64,000 bases of DNA from an uncultured Gemmatimonadales bacterium. Lineage in GTDB: Bacteria; Gemmatimonadota; Gemmatimonadetes; Longimicrobiales; RSA9. The stretch's first letter is position 1, and each line of letters begins with the position of its first letter. The stretch covers positions 192,001 through 256,000 of the forward strand of contig OY970192.1 in assembly GCA_963708135.1 (NCBI GenBank). The letters run 5' to 3'. Both the position numbers and the translations under genes were made by a program. This document shows positions 17,567 through 28,254 of the stretch, one piece after another. A model generated the notes under the pieces. That model had not been told where the DNA came from. It saw only the letters and a list, made by a program, of their open reading frames with translations, and did no database searches.

Positions 17567-20253
17567 CTACTCCGACCTCAGCGCCCCCACCGGATCCACC
17601 CTCGCCGCGCGCCACGCGGGCAGGAGCGCGGCGGCGGCCGCCGTGGCGAGCAGCACGAGCGCGACGGCGGCCATGACAAGGGGGTCGTGGGGCGAGGTGT
17701 CGTACAGCAGCGAGGCGACGAGGCGGCCCGCCGCGAGCGCGAGCGCGCAGCCGACCACCACGCCGATCACGACCAGCCGCAGGCCCTCCGCGAGGACCAT
17801 CTCCAGCACATCCGCCGCGCGTGCGCCGAGCGCCATGCGCACGCCGATCTCGTGCGTGCGCTGGCTGAAGGCGTAGGCGAGCGCGCTGTAGATGCCGAAC
17901 GCGGCCACGACGAGCGCGAGGAGGCCGAGGGCGGTGAAAAGCCCCGCGCCCAGGCGCCACTGGCGGTACTGTGGGGCGAGGTGGTCGGTCATCCGTTGCA
18001 CGCGCGGCAGCGCGGAGGGGAAGGCCTCGTGCACGGCCGTGTGGTGGCGGCGGCCGCGGCGTCGAGCCGGCCGGGCCGGGCGCGGACGACCAGGACCCGC
18101 GGGGTCTGCAATCCCAGCGTGTCGGAGGTGTCGAGCGGGAGGTAGAACTGCATCGTCGGCTGCTCGACGACGCTGCTCTGCCTTCCGTTCTCGACGACAC
18201 CGATGACGGTCGTGCAGGGGCTGGTGTCGGCGCCGACGCGAATGCAGCGGCCGAGCGGGTCCTGCCCGGGCCAGAGCGCGCGCGCCATGGTGCGGTTGAC
18301 GATGACGCTGCGCGGTCCGCCCGCGCCGTCGCCCGCGTCGAAGGCGCGCCCGCGCAGGACGCGCAGCCCAACCGTGGCGAAGTAGCTCGGCGAGACCGCC
18401 ATCCAGCTCGGGTAGCCGTACTCGGGGGAGGGCGGCAAGGGGCCGCCGGGCAGGAAGACGCTGGAGATGCTGTAGCCCTCCATCGGGGCGGCGGATCCCA
18501 GCGCGACCGCCTCGACCCCCGGCATCCGGCGCAGCCGTTCGGCCGCCCGGGCGAGCCCCGCCTCGCGGTCCGCGGCGGCGGGGGCCGTGCCCTCCCAGGT
18601 CGGCCGCGAGTAGACCAGCCGCTCCTCGTCGTAGCCGGTGTCCACGCCCTCGACCCGCTCGAGGCTGCGGACGAAGAGCCCAGCGCCCACGAGCAGCACG
18701 ACCGAGAGCGCGGCCTGGAGAACGATCAGCGCGTCGCGCAGGCGCGAGCGCCGGCCGCCGCCCTCGCGCGGGCCGTCCCTGAGCGCCCGGGTCAGCACGG
18801 GGCGCGTGGTCTGGAGCGCGGGGGCGAGGCCGGTGAGCAGACCGCAGGCGAGCGTCGCCAGGAGGATGACGAGCACGGCGCGGCCGCCGAGCACGGGTCC
18901 CGCCCAGTGGGTCCGCGGCAGGAGCGCCGCCCGAAGCGCCTCGCCGCCCCAGATGCCGAGGAGGAGGGCGCCACAAGCCGCGAGCGCGGACAGCAGCAGG
19001 CTCTCCGTCACGAGCTGGGCCACCAGGCGACGCCGCCCGATGCCGAGCGCCAGCCGCACCGCGATCTCGCGGCGCCGCCGCATGCCCCGGGCGAGGAGCA
19101 GGTTGGCCACGTTGGCGCACGCGATGAGGAGGACGATCAGCGCCACGCCGGCGAGCCGCGTCGTGATCGGGATGCCGCTCGCCTTCTCCGTGGGGCCGCG
19201 GGCGGCGATGAGCGGCCCGGTCGAGACGCTCACCAGCGTGTCGGCCGTCTCGCGCCGATCGGTGGCGCGGGCCGCCGCCCCGGCGCCCGCCGTGGCAGCG
19301 GCCGCGAGCTGGCGCGGTGTGCTCCCCGGCGCCGGCCGGGCGAGCACGGCGAGGATCTGGTGGGGGAACTCGTACCATGGGATGGTCTGGCCGGCCACGA
19401 CCGTGCCCGGCCCCGGCATGAGGGCCAGCGGGAGCCAGACGTCCGCCGCATCGAGCTCCGTGCCCCGGAAGCCGGGCGGCGCGACGCCGACGACGACGTA
19501 CCGATCCCTATCGAGCTCTATGGTTTGGCCGAGGATGGCGGGGTCGGCGCCGAAGCGCGTGCGCCAGAGCGCGTCGCCTACGACCGCGACGCGGGCGCCG
19601 GCGCCCATCCGCTCCTCGCCCGGCGCGAAGAAGCGGCCGCGCTCGGGATGGATCCCGAGCAGATCGAAGTAGTTCGCCCCCGCCCAGACCACCGTGAGCT
19701 CTGGCTCGTCCTCGCCCCGCCCGAGCGGTACCCTGGTGGAGCGCTGATAGGCGGCCACCGCCCCGAGCCCGCCCGACGCCGACCGCATGGCCTCCAGGGC
19801 CATGTAGCTGAACCCGCCGGACTCGACTGGCTGGCCATGCCCGTCTCGGGAGGAGTGGTAGAGCCGCACCACGCGCTCCGGCTGCGCCACCCCCGCCGGC
19901 TCGCGCAGGAAGATGCGGTCGAGGAGCGAGAAGACCGCCGCGTTCGCGCCCAGACCGAGGGCGAGCGTGATCACGACCGCCGCCGTGAGCCCCGGCGAGC
20001 GGGCCAGGCCGCGGATCGCGTAGCGGAAGTCCTGGGCGAGCTGCTCGAGCCACACGCCGCCCCACATGTCGCGCGTGACCTCGCGGATGAGCGCCTCGTT
20101 GCCGAGCTCGCGACGCGCGGCGCGCTCGGCCTCCTCGCGGCTCTCGCCGCGGGCCATGCGGTCGCGCAGGGCCAGGGCGAGATGCGCCTCGAGCTCCGCG
20201 CGGAGCTCGGCGTGGCGGCGGGCGCGGTGGCGGAAGAAAGGGAAGGGGGTCAT
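17567..20253 (-). pseudogene. ADOP permease 2, single frameshift near 18040
   Basis: The ORF starting at 20253 loses permease sense at ...RLDAAAAAT; the C-terminal FtsX domain continues in another frame (HTAVHEAFP...DPVGALRSE). Confidence 0.85.
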
Positions 20254-20257
20254 CCGG

Positions 20258-20405
20258 CTACTCCGTGCTCAGCGCGCCGACCGGCTCGACCCTGGCCGCG
20301 CGGCACGCGGGTGGGGCGCCTCGTCGGTGCGGAGGCGACGTCGCCTGAAGCGGGCAGGGCTGGCCGCCTGACGTCGCCTGCGGCGTCCAGGCTCCGGCGC
20401 GCCAT
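20258..20405 (-). pseudogene. Collapsed ADOP permease remnant (start plus tail)
   Basis: ATG overlaps the padR stop (TGATG); 20311-20258 encodes PACRAARVEPVGALSTE*. Confidence 0.7.
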
Positions 20406-20764
20406 CACGCCTCCTCCGGCGACGCCGGCGGCGCCAGCACCGCCGCGATCGCGTCGCTCAGCGCCTCCCAGCGCGAGCGCTCCTCCGCCAGGCGCTTCCG
20501 CCCGGCGGCCGTCAGCTCGTACAGCCGCACGCGCTGGTTCTGGTCCGAGACGCCCCACTCCGCACGGACCAGCTTCTGCCGCTCCAGCCGGTGCAGCGCC
20601 GGGTAGAGCGAGCCCGTGTTGACCTGCAGCACCTGCGCCGAGCGCGCCCGGATCATCTGCGCGATGCCGTAGCCGTGGCCGGGGCCCCAGCGCAGGGTCT
20701 GGAGGATCAGCAGGTCGAGCGTGCCCTGGAGGAGCTCGATGCGGGAGAGAGGCTTTCTGGGCAT
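20405..20764 (-). CDS. PadR-family regulator 2 (ADOP-associated type)
   Basis: LLQGTLDLLILQTL, HGYGI, GSLYPALHRLE. Confidence 0.95.
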   Translation of the reverse strand: MPRKPLSRIELLQGTLDLLILQTLRWGPGHGYGIAQMIRARSAQVLQVNTGSLYPALHRLERQKLVRAEWGVSDQNQRVRLYELTAAGRKRLAEERSRWEALSDAIAAVLAPPASPEEA

Positions 20765-20872
20765 CTCGGGGCGTCTCGGGTTCGAGGCTCGGGGCTCGCG
20801 ACGCGGCATGCGGGATGCGGGATGCGGCTCGCCGCTCCGCTCACCTCGCGCCGCGAATCACGCGCCGCGCTT

Positions 20873-20913
20873 GGGTGTAGACGGCCTACACCCATAGGGA
20901 GTAGATAATCTAC
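20873..20913. promoter_or_regulatory. Putative tandem PadR operators 2
   Basis: GGGTGTAG-ACGGC-CTACACCC and GTAGA-TAA-TCTAC, cores 24 bp apart; TTGACA on the minus strand just upstream. Confidence 0.65.
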
Positions 20914-20935
20914 CCCCTGTGTGGCTGTCAAGGGT

Positions 20936-20985
<50 letters not shown>

Positions 20986-20986
20986 C

Positions 20987-21165
20987 AGCATCATTGGCGC
21001 AGCGATCGACGTCATCGCTATCTCGGGCCGGAATGCTGGAGCACAGCTGAGTGGTCCGGCTCGCAATTCTTGAGGCGGCGCTCCTGCAGCGTGAGCTGGA
21101 GGTGGAGCGGCAGGTGCCGGTTCGAGTCCGCTGTCTGGACGGCGAGCTGAACATCGACGCGCTTG
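20987..21165 (+). pseudogene. Degenerate GxxExxY (PD-(D/E)xK-like) gene remnant
   Basis: Across frameshifts it reads SIIGAAIDV/HRYLGP/GMLEHS*...LLQRELEVER/QVPVRVR. Confidence 0.65.
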
Positions 21166-21198
21166 CGGCCGGCGGTTGGACGCGAATCCTCGACCGGG

Positions 21199-21228
21199 TT
21201 GACTGGTCTGACTAGAGCGATTTAACTT
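21199..21228 (+). promoter_or_regulatory. Sigma70-like promoter of the TA operon, probably leaderless
   Basis: TTGACT-18 nt-TAACTT; ATG 6 nt downstream; no SD; GACTGGTC near-palindrome overlaps the -35. Confidence 0.5.
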
Positions 21229-21234
21229 GCTTCC

Positions 21235-21525
21235 ATGTCCAGGAAGAAGACCTATTCTACCTATGAGGCCAAGGCCCGCTTCTCCGAGATCCTGCGGGCC
21301 GTGCGCGAGCGTGGCGAGACGGTGACCGTCTCCTACCACGGCGAGCCGGTGGCGGAGATCCGGCCGCTGCCTCGCCCGGAAGCTGAGGATCCGCTCACGG
21401 CGAGAGTCCGGGCGCTCGAGGCGCAGGGCGTGGTGGTGGCCGCGGAGGGTGGCGGTGGGCCGCGCAGGATCGCACGGCGCCGGGGCTCGTTGTCGCGGTT
21501 CCTGGCCGAGCGGGACGCCGAATGA
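21235..21525 (+). CDS. Phd/YefM-family antitoxin
   Basis: YSTYEAKARFSEILRAV...GETVTVSYHGEPVAEI. Confidence 0.9.
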   Translation: MSRKKTYSTYEAKARFSEILRAVRERGETVTVSYHGEPVAEIRPLPRPEAEDPLTARVRALEAQGVVVAAEGGGGPRRIARRRGSLSRFLAERDAE

Positions 21526-21911
21526 AGGCGGCGTACGTCAACACATCCTGCTTGGTTGCCGTCGCCTTCGGTGAGCCGGGCGCGGCGAAGCTGGGGCGCC
21601 GGCTGGAGACGTATGACGCGCTGTTCTCATCGAACCTGTTGGAGGCCGAGCTTCGGGCGGCTTTCGCGCGTGAGAAGGTGTCGTTCGAGCCGGACCTGCT
21701 CGGGGGCGTGAGCTGGGTGCTCCCGGGCCGCCCGCTCGGCCCCGAGTTCGAGCGTGTGCTCTCGGCGGGATATGTCCGCGGAGCGGACCTCTGGCATGTG
21801 GCAACCGCCCTCTACCTTGCCGAGGACCCGTCGGATCTCACCTTCCTGACCCTGGATGCGCGGCAGGGCGAGGTGGCGGCGAAGCTCGGATTCCCCGGAG
21901 AGAAGATGTAG
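21522..21911 (+). CDS. PIN-domain (VapC-like) toxin with Asn at the first catalytic Asp position
   Basis: AYVNTSCLV...E, EAEL, RGADLWHVATAL, LTLD; ATGA coupling to the antitoxin. Confidence 0.85.
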   Translation: MKAAYVNTSCLVAVAFGEPGAAKLGRRLETYDALFSSNLLEAELRAAFAREKVSFEPDLLGGVSWVLPGRPLGPEFERVLSAGYVRGADLWHVATALYLAEDPSDLTFLTLDARQGEVAAKLGFPGEKM

Positions 21912-21951
21912 TCGCTCGGCCGTTGGCGGCGCTGCGGACGGAGCTGCGGGG

Positions 21952-22165
21952 CGGCGGCGTACACAATCGACCAATCGCGGTCGCCGCGAGCTCGGTTGGC
22001 ACTTTGTGTGCGCCATGCGAACACAATGTGACGCCGGTTCGCCGCGGCGGCCGACCGCTTGCACATTGGATTCGCTATCCGTACACAATGCGCGTCTCGT
22101 CCGCTGCCGCGCCGCGATTGGTGGATTGTGTTCGCTCGGGGCGAGCCGAACTGCCGCCGGCGACG
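21952..22165. repeat. Dispersed repeat family A, copy 1 (core 21961-22131, tripartite palindromic)
   Basis: Colinear with 24804-25017; terminal IR ACACAATCGACCAATCGCGG matches at 19/20; ACACAAT at 21961, 22021, 22083. Confidence 0.9.
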
Positions 22166-22215
22166 ACTGGTTCGCAGGACGCTCCAATGGCCGTCCGCTT
22201 CCGGCCCGCGGCGTC

Positions 22216-22311
22216 CCGGGCCCCGAGCCCCGAGCCCCGAGCCCCGCGTCCCGAGCCCCGTGTCCCGCATCCCGCATCCCGCGTCCCGCATCCCGCATCC
22301 CGCATCCCGCA
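22216..22311. repeat. Heptamer tract (CCCGAGC)n then (CCCGCAT)n in the permease leader
   Basis: Read directly; ends about 14 bp before ATG 22325. Confidence 0.85.
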
Positions 22312-22324
22312 CAGGATCGCGCCC

Positions 22325-24778
22325 ATGCCCGACCTCATCCGCGATGCCCGCCTGGCGCTGCGCTCCTTCGGCCGCAGCCCGCTCTTCACCGCGACCGCCG
22401 TGGTCACGCTCGCCCTCGGCATCGGGGCGACGACGGCGATCTTCAGCGCCGTGAACCGCATCCTGCTTCACCCGCTGCCGTTCCGTGGCGGGGATCGGCT
22501 GGTCTACGTTTGGCGGCAGAACCCGAACGCGTCGTTCATGGTGACGCCGAGCGCCGGGGTGGTGGCCGAATGGCTGCATGGCACGCGCTCGACGCTCGAG
22601 GGAATTCAGCCGCTCGACAAGCAGCCGCTCGACCTCGAGTCCGGGGGTGAAACGCGGCGGATCGTCGCCGAGGACGTGCGGCCGTCGTTCCTCTCGTTCC
22701 TGGGAGTGGCGCCGGCGCTGGGCCGGGGCTTCGCGGCGGATGAGGCGCGTCCCGGCGGGGCGGCCGTGGTCATGCTCGGCCACGCCTTCTGGATGAGCCG
22801 ATTCGGAGGCCGGAAGGACGTGCTCGGGCGGACGATCCGGCTGGACGGCGTGCCGGCGGTCGTGGTCGGCGTCATGCCGGCGCGCCTCGCCCTCTTCGAA
22901 GAGGCGGACGTGTGGCGGCCGCTGCGGCTCGCCGCCGCGGACACGGCGAGCTTCCAGGGCTACCAGGTGCTGGCCCGGTTGCGCCCGGGCGCGACGCCGG
23001 AGGCGGCCGGGCGGGAGCTCGATGCGCTCGCGGCCCGCGTGCCGGCCGGCCCGTTCAGCGGCTGGAAGACGCGGCTGCTGCGGCCGCAGCACTTCCTGGA
23101 CGACACGCTGCAGCGCGGGCTGCCGATCCTGTTCGGCGCCGTCGCTTTCGTGTTGCTCCTCGCCTGCGCGAACGTGGGGCTGCTGCTGCTCGCGCGGGGG
23201 GCCGGCCGGCGTCGCGAGATCGGGATCCGCCTGGCGCTCGGCGCGGGGCGGCGTCGCATTGCGCGGCAGCTCGTGGTGGAGGCGATGTGCCTGGCGGGCG
23301 CGGGCGGCGCGCTGGGGCTGGTGCTCGCGTGGTGGGGCGTGCGGGCGCTCTCGGCGCTCCGGCCGGAGAGTCTGCCGGAGCTGGAGCACATCGGCATGGA
23401 CGGACACGTGATCGTGGCCGCGCTGCTCCTGGCCGTGCTGGCGGCGCTGCTCGCCGGCGCCTTCCCGGCCTTGCGCGCAAGCGACGTCGCGCCGGCGGAC
23501 GCCCTCCGCGCGGGCGCACGCGCGGGAGGCGGCGGCTCGGGCAGCGGGCGGGGGCGGAGCGCCATCGTCGCCTTCGAGATGATGCTCTCGATCGTGCTGC
23601 TCGTGAGCGCGGGCCTGCTCGTGCGGAGCCTCATCGCGCGGCAGCGGGCGGACCTCGGCTTCCGCGCCGAGGGCCTGCTGACGGTGCGGACGACGTTGCC
23701 GAAGGCAGGCGACGCGGGGGCCGTCGATGCCGCGGCGTTCGACGCGACGCTGCTCGCGCGCGTCCGTGGGCTGCCCGGCATCACGGGCGCGACCATCGCG
23801 ACCGGCGCGCCGCCGCAGTACGGCGTCATGGGGCTGGGCGGCTGGGAGAGCGCGGGCGAGGGCGCGCTGGGCGAGCGGGCGCCGCGCCAGGTCGCGGTGG
23901 ACATGGTCCGGCCGGACTTCTTCCGCGTCCTGGGCATCCCGCTCGTGGCGGGCCGCACGTTCACGGAGGCGGAGGACGAGGCGGGCGCGTCCGTGGCCGT
24001 CATCAGCCGGGGCCTGGCGACGCGGCTGTTCCCCGGCGAGAGCGCGCTCGGCCGGCGCCTGCGCAGCGGCGCTCCGGCCGCCGGGCCGGGCGGTGGGCGG
24101 AGCAGCGCCCCGAGGAGCTGGGTCACGGTGATCGGCGTCGCCCGCGACGTCGCCGGCAACGGCATCGCCGGCGATGCGCGGCACCTGCAGTGGTATTCGC
24201 CCTACGGAAAGGGGCCGCGCTTGCCCGGCGCGCCGCCGCTGGCGGGGCTGCTGATCGTGCGCACGTCCGGCCGCGCGGCGGCGCTCGCGCCGCTCATCCG
24301 CGGCATCGTGCGCTCGATCGATCCGCACATTCCCGCGCCCGAGATCGCCACCGTCCCGTCGAAATTCGCCGAGCGCCTGGCCGGGCCGCGCTTCGAAACC
24401 GTGCTGCTCGGTCTGTTCGCCGCGCTCGCGCTCGCCCTCGCCGCCATCGCCCTCTTCGGCGTGCTGAGCTATGCCGTGGCGCAGCGGACGCGCGAGCTCG
24501 GGATCCGCGTCGCCCTGGGCGCCCAAAGCCACGATGTGCGCGCGCTCGTCGTGCGCCAGGGCATGCTCCCGGCGCTGGCCGGCCTCACCCTGGGCATCGG
24601 CGTCGCCCTCGTCGCCTCGCGGCTGCTCCGCGGCCTGCTCTACGGCGTCGAGCCGACGGACGCGACGGCCTTCGCCGCCGCCGCCGCCGTCCTCGCCGCC
24701 ACGGCCCTCGCCGCGTGCTACATCCCCGCCCGCCGGGCGACCCGCGTCGATCCGATCGTGGCGCTGAGGGCGGAGTAG
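22325..24778 (+). CDS. ADOP permease 3
   Basis: LALGIGATTAIFS, LACANV, REIGIRLALGA, DPIVALRAE. Confidence 0.93.
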   Translation: MPDLIRDARLALRSFGRSPLFTATAVVTLALGIGATTAIFSAVNRILLHPLPFRGGDRLVYVWRQNPNASFMVTPSAGVVAEWLHGTRSTLEGIQPLDKQPLDLESGGETRRIVAEDVRPSFLSFLGVAPALGRGFAADEARPGGAAVVMLGHAFWMSRFGGRKDVLGRTIRLDGVPAVVVGVMPARLALFEEADVWRPLRLAAADTASFQGYQVLARLRPGATPEAAGRELDALAARVPAGPFSGWKTRLLRPQHFLDDTLQRGLPILFGAVAFVLLLACANVGLLLLARGAGRRREIGIRLALGAGRRRIARQLVVEAMCLAGAGGALGLVLAWWGVRALSALRPESLPELEHIGMDGHVIVAALLLAVLAALLAGAFPALRASDVAPADALRAGARAGGGGSGSGRGRSAIVAFEMMLSIVLLVSAGLLVRSLIARQRADLGFRAEGLLTVRTTLPKAGDAGAVDAAAFDATLLARVRGLPGITGATIATGAPPQYGVMGLGGWESAGEGALGERAPRQVAVDMVRPDFFRVLGIPLVAGRTFTEAEDEAGASVAVISRGLATRLFPGESALGRRLRSGAPAAGPGGGRSSAPRSWVTVIGVARDVAGNGIAGDARHLQWYSPYGKGPRLPGAPPLAGLLIVRTSGRAAALAPLIRGIVRSIDPHIPAPEIATVPSKFAERLAGPRFETVLLGLFAALALALAAIALFGVLSYAVAQRTRELGIRVALGAQSHDVRALVVRQGMLPALAGLTLGIGVALVASRLLRGLLYGVEPTDATAFAAAAAVLAATALAACYIPARRATRVDPIVALRAE

Positions 24779-24803
24779 GGCGGGCGGTCGCGGTGGGTCC
24801 GGA

Positions 24804-25017
24804 CGGCGGCGCACACAACCGACCAATCGGACTCGCCGCGAGCTCGGTTGCCGGTTTTTGTGCGCCATGCGAACACGATGTGACGCCCGTTCGCTGCCGC
24901 CGCCGACCGCTTGCACATTGGATGCGCTATCCGTACACAATGCGCGTCTCGTCCGCTGCCGCGCAGCGATTGGCGGATTGTGTCCGCTCGGGGCGAGCCG
25001 GGCTGCCGCCGGCGACG
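24804..25017. repeat. Dispersed repeat family A, copy 2 (core 24813-24983)
   Basis: Ungapped match to 21952-22165 at offset 2852, substitutions only. Confidence 0.9.
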
Positions 25018-25324
25018 CCTCAGCCGCACCGCCTTCCGGCTCCGCCCGCTCCCGGAGCACGGTGTCCCGCGGGCGGACAGTCCGAGGTTGGCGGGGCAGT
25101 CGGCAAGGTGCCGGGTAAGCGGTTGTCGGGCAATCCGATGCGGGCGGGAACACAGCTCGGCCCCCGACTTGCTTTCGAGCCGCGCGTTCGAAGCCCCGAA
25201 CCCACCCGAGTGGGTGATCGGGTGAGTGGGAGAGTGGGTGATCACTCACGTCGGCCGACGGTGCGTCGACCAGGCGTGCGCGCAGTCCCGCATCCCGCAT
25301 CTCGCAATGCGAACCCGATCCGCC

Positions 25325-27736
25325 ATGACCGACTTCGTCCGCGATGCCCGCCTGGCGCTGCGCTCCTTCGCGCGCAGCCCCGCCTTCACCGCCACGGCCG
25401 TGGCCACGCTCGCGCTCGGGATCGGCGTGACGACGACGGTCTTCAGCCTCGTGGACCCGCTGCTGCTGCGTCCGCTGCCGCTGCGGGCGGCCGACCGGCT
25501 GGTGTGGATCGAGCAGATCCAGCAGGGGCCGTCCTCGATCATGATGTCGCCGCCGGAGCCGGTCGCGGAGGCGTGGGGGCGGCGGTCGCGCTCGTTCGAG
25601 GGGCTCGAGCCGTTCGACAACCGACGGGCGGTGGTCACGGGCGCGGCGGCCGCCGCTGTCCTGCCGGTCCGGTCGGTCCGTCCCGGCTTCCTGCGCTTCC
25701 TCGGCCTCGCCCCGGTGCTCGGGCGGCCGCTCCTGCCGGGCGACACGGCCGCGGCCGCGCCGGCGGTGGCGCTGCTCGGCTACGCGACGTGGCGCACACG
25801 GTTCGGCGGGGAGGCGTCCGTGCTGGGCCGCACCGTCGGGATCGACGGGAAGCCGTACACGATCGTGGGGGTGGCGCCGCGCGCGCTGTCGCGGCTGTGG
25901 GGCGGGCAGGACTTCTGGACGCCGCGTCGCGCGCCGGCGCCCGACACCTCCTCGTCGCCGCCGGTGGTCTCGCTGATCGGGCGGCTCCGGCCGGGCGTGG
26001 ATGCGGCCGCGGCCGCGCGCGAGCTGGACGGGATCCGGGCGCAGATGGCGGACCCGGTGTTCTTCGGGGAGCGGCCGTGGCGCACCGAGGTGACGCCGAT
26101 GCGGGACCGGGGCGCCGATTACGAGACGGAGCTGCTCCTGCTGCTCGGCGCGGTCGGGCTCGTGCTGGTGGTGGCGTGCGCGAACGTGGCGGGGTTGCTG
26201 CTCGTGCGCGGCGCGGGTCGGGCGCGGGAGATGGCGATCCGGACGTCGCTCGGGGCGAGCCGCGGCATGCTCGTGCGGCAGCTGCTGACGGAGAGCGTGC
26301 TGCTCGCCCTGCCGGCGGGGGCGCTCGGGTGCCTGCTCGCCGCGTGGGGCGTCGTCGGCCTCTCTCACCTCCGGCCGGACGGGCTCGCGGTCCTGGACCG
26401 CGCGACGGTGGACGGGCGGGTTCTGGCGTTCGCCGCGGTGGTCAGCGTGCTGACGGGGCTCCTCTTCGGACTGGCGCCGGCGCTCCGCGCGACCCAGGCG
26501 CGGCCGGCGGACACGCTCCGCGACGGGGCCGGCGGCGCGCGGCAGCGCCGGCGGCTGCGCGGCGGACTCGTCGCCTTCGAGGTGGCGCTCTCGGTGGTGC
26601 TGCTCACCGGGGTCGGGCTCCTCGTGCACTCGCTCGCGAGGCTGCGCGAGATCGACCCGGGCTTCCAGCCGCGCGGCCTCGCGCTGGCGAAGGTCACGCT
26701 GCCGAAGGAGCGCTACCCGGACGCGGCGAGCATCGACGCCTTCGCGCGCGCCGTCGAGCAACGCACGCGCGGGCTGCCCGGCGTCACCGACGCGGTGGTC
26801 ACGGGCGACATCCCGCTCGAGTACGGCATCACGTTCGGGGGTCTCGAGGTCGAGGGGGCGGCGGCGCCGGCCGAGCTCTCCCGCACGCCGCTCGCCTACG
26901 GCCGCGTCGCGCCCGGGAGCTTCAGGGTCTTTGGCATCCCGATCGTGGAGGGGCGGGGCTTCCTGCCCACGGAGCGCGGCAAGGACGCGCACGTGATGGT
27001 GGTCGGGGAGCGGCTCGCGCGGGCGCTCGCGCCGCACGGCGACGCCGTCGGGCTGCGGCTCCGCTTCGGCCCCGACTCCCCGTGGTACACCATCGTCGGC
27101 GTGGCGAAGGACATCGCGAGCAACGGGCTCGCCGGCCGCCCGAGCAACCGCTACCAGATCCACCATCCGTTCTCGGGCGAGCAGGTTGCGTTCGACAATA
27201 CGATCTGGCTGGCCGCCCGCACCGGTGGAAGCGACGTGGCGCTCGCGGCGATGCTCCGCGACGCGATCCGCTCCATGGACCGCCAGGCGCCGATCCGGGA
27301 GCTCGAGACGGGCGAGGCGCTCGTCTCGGGCGAGCTGGCCCCGACACGCTTCTACGCGACCCTGCTCGGCGGCTTCGCGGCGCTCGCCCTCGCCCTCGCC
27401 GCCGTCGGCCTCTTCGGCACACTCGCCCAGGCCGTGCAGCGCCGGACCCGCGAGATCGGTATCCGCATGGCACTCGGCGCCGCCGCGGCGGACGTGCGCG
27501 GAATGGTCGTCCGCCAGGGGATGGTGCCCGCCGCCGCGGGGCTCGTGATCGGCGGCGCCTCGTCGCTCGCCGCCACCCGCATCATGCGCGGCATGCTCTA
27601 CGACACCCGGCCAGGCGACCCGGCCACGCTCGCCGCCGTGGCGGCCGTCGTGCTGGCGACCGCGTTTCTGGCGAGCTGGCTGCCGGCGCGCCGGGCGACG
27701 CGGGTGGATCCGACGGAGGCGCTGCGGGCGGAATAG
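25325..27736 (+). CDS. ADOP permease 4
   Basis: LALGIGVTTTVFS, VACANV, REIGIRMALGA, DPTEALRAE. Confidence 0.93.
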   Translation: MTDFVRDARLALRSFARSPAFTATAVATLALGIGVTTTVFSLVDPLLLRPLPLRAADRLVWIEQIQQGPSSIMMSPPEPVAEAWGRRSRSFEGLEPFDNRRAVVTGAAAAAVLPVRSVRPGFLRFLGLAPVLGRPLLPGDTAAAAPAVALLGYATWRTRFGGEASVLGRTVGIDGKPYTIVGVAPRALSRLWGGQDFWTPRRAPAPDTSSSPPVVSLIGRLRPGVDAAAAARELDGIRAQMADPVFFGERPWRTEVTPMRDRGADYETELLLLLGAVGLVLVVACANVAGLLLVRGAGRAREMAIRTSLGASRGMLVRQLLTESVLLALPAGALGCLLAAWGVVGLSHLRPDGLAVLDRATVDGRVLAFAAVVSVLTGLLFGLAPALRATQARPADTLRDGAGGARQRRRLRGGLVAFEVALSVVLLTGVGLLVHSLARLREIDPGFQPRGLALAKVTLPKERYPDAASIDAFARAVEQRTRGLPGVTDAVVTGDIPLEYGITFGGLEVEGAAAPAELSRTPLAYGRVAPGSFRVFGIPIVEGRGFLPTERGKDAHVMVVGERLARALAPHGDAVGLRLRFGPDSPWYTIVGVAKDIASNGLAGRPSNRYQIHHPFSGEQVAFDNTIWLAARTGGSDVALAAMLRDAIRSMDRQAPIRELETGEALVSGELAPTRFYATLLGGFAALALALAAVGLFGTLAQAVQRRTREIGIRMALGAAAADVRGMVVRQGMVPAAAGLVIGGASSLAATRIMRGMLYDTRPGDPATLAAVAAVVLATAFLASWLPARRATRVDPTEALRAE

Positions 27737-28015
27737 GCGGACGGGCACGTCCTGCCTCGAATGCGGAGGAGCGGGCGAATTTCGAGATGCGCGCAGCGCG
27801 CGCCTGGTCCTGCGGGAGGGAGGGAGCTTCCCCGCCTCCTTCGGCGCGCGCAGCCGGTGATGCTTCGAGTTCCGCTGGCGCCGCCAACCGCCCCCGCGTG
27901 GGCGTCCCCGGACGTCGGGGTATGGTTCACGGCGCGGGCAGCGGACAGGGCGGGGACGGTCCCTGACGCGTAGGTGGCCGGCGCTTGCGACTCGTCGCCG
28001 ACGAACCTGATCCCC

Positions 28016-28105
28016 TCAGGTACACCAGTCCTCGACCACCAGCCCCGCCACCCGTCCGAATTCGCGCACATTGCAGCTAACCAGCCTCAAGCCGTGGGCG
28101 AGGCG
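28016..28105 (-). pseudogene. VapC/PIN toxin C-terminal remnant
   Basis: LAHGLRLVSCNVREFGRVAGLVVEDWCT* resembles the VapC terminus (LVTxNxxEFxRVxGLxVEDW). Confidence 0.7.
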
Positions 28106-28129
28106 GCGCGCCGGGCCTCCGCTTGCCGG

Positions 28130-28233
28130 GGCCCGCGAATGCCCGGCGCACCGCCCCGGCCGGGGCTCCTTGTCGTGCGCACGTCCGGCCGCGCGCCGGC
28201 GCTCGCGCCGTGGTGGCGCTGCGGGCGGAGTGA
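28130..28233 (+). pseudogene. Internally deleted ADOP permease remnant
   Basis: GPRMPGAPPRPGLLVVRTSGRAPALAP (paralogous to 24212-24292) fused out of frame to VALRAE*. Confidence 0.8.
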
Positions 28234-28254
28234 GCAGACGGGCACGTGGGGACG

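Noticed and set aside
27742..27960. Further triple-palindrome elements here and at about 25070-25200, 39390-39520 and 55825-55910
   Set aside because: Only one or two weak IR units are visible in each, too degenerate to call by eye
21812..27966. Giant ORFs of 1978 aa (minus) and 1684 aa (plus)
   Set aside because: Arg/Ala/Gly-rich shadow frames of the permeases; stop codons are scarce at this GC content
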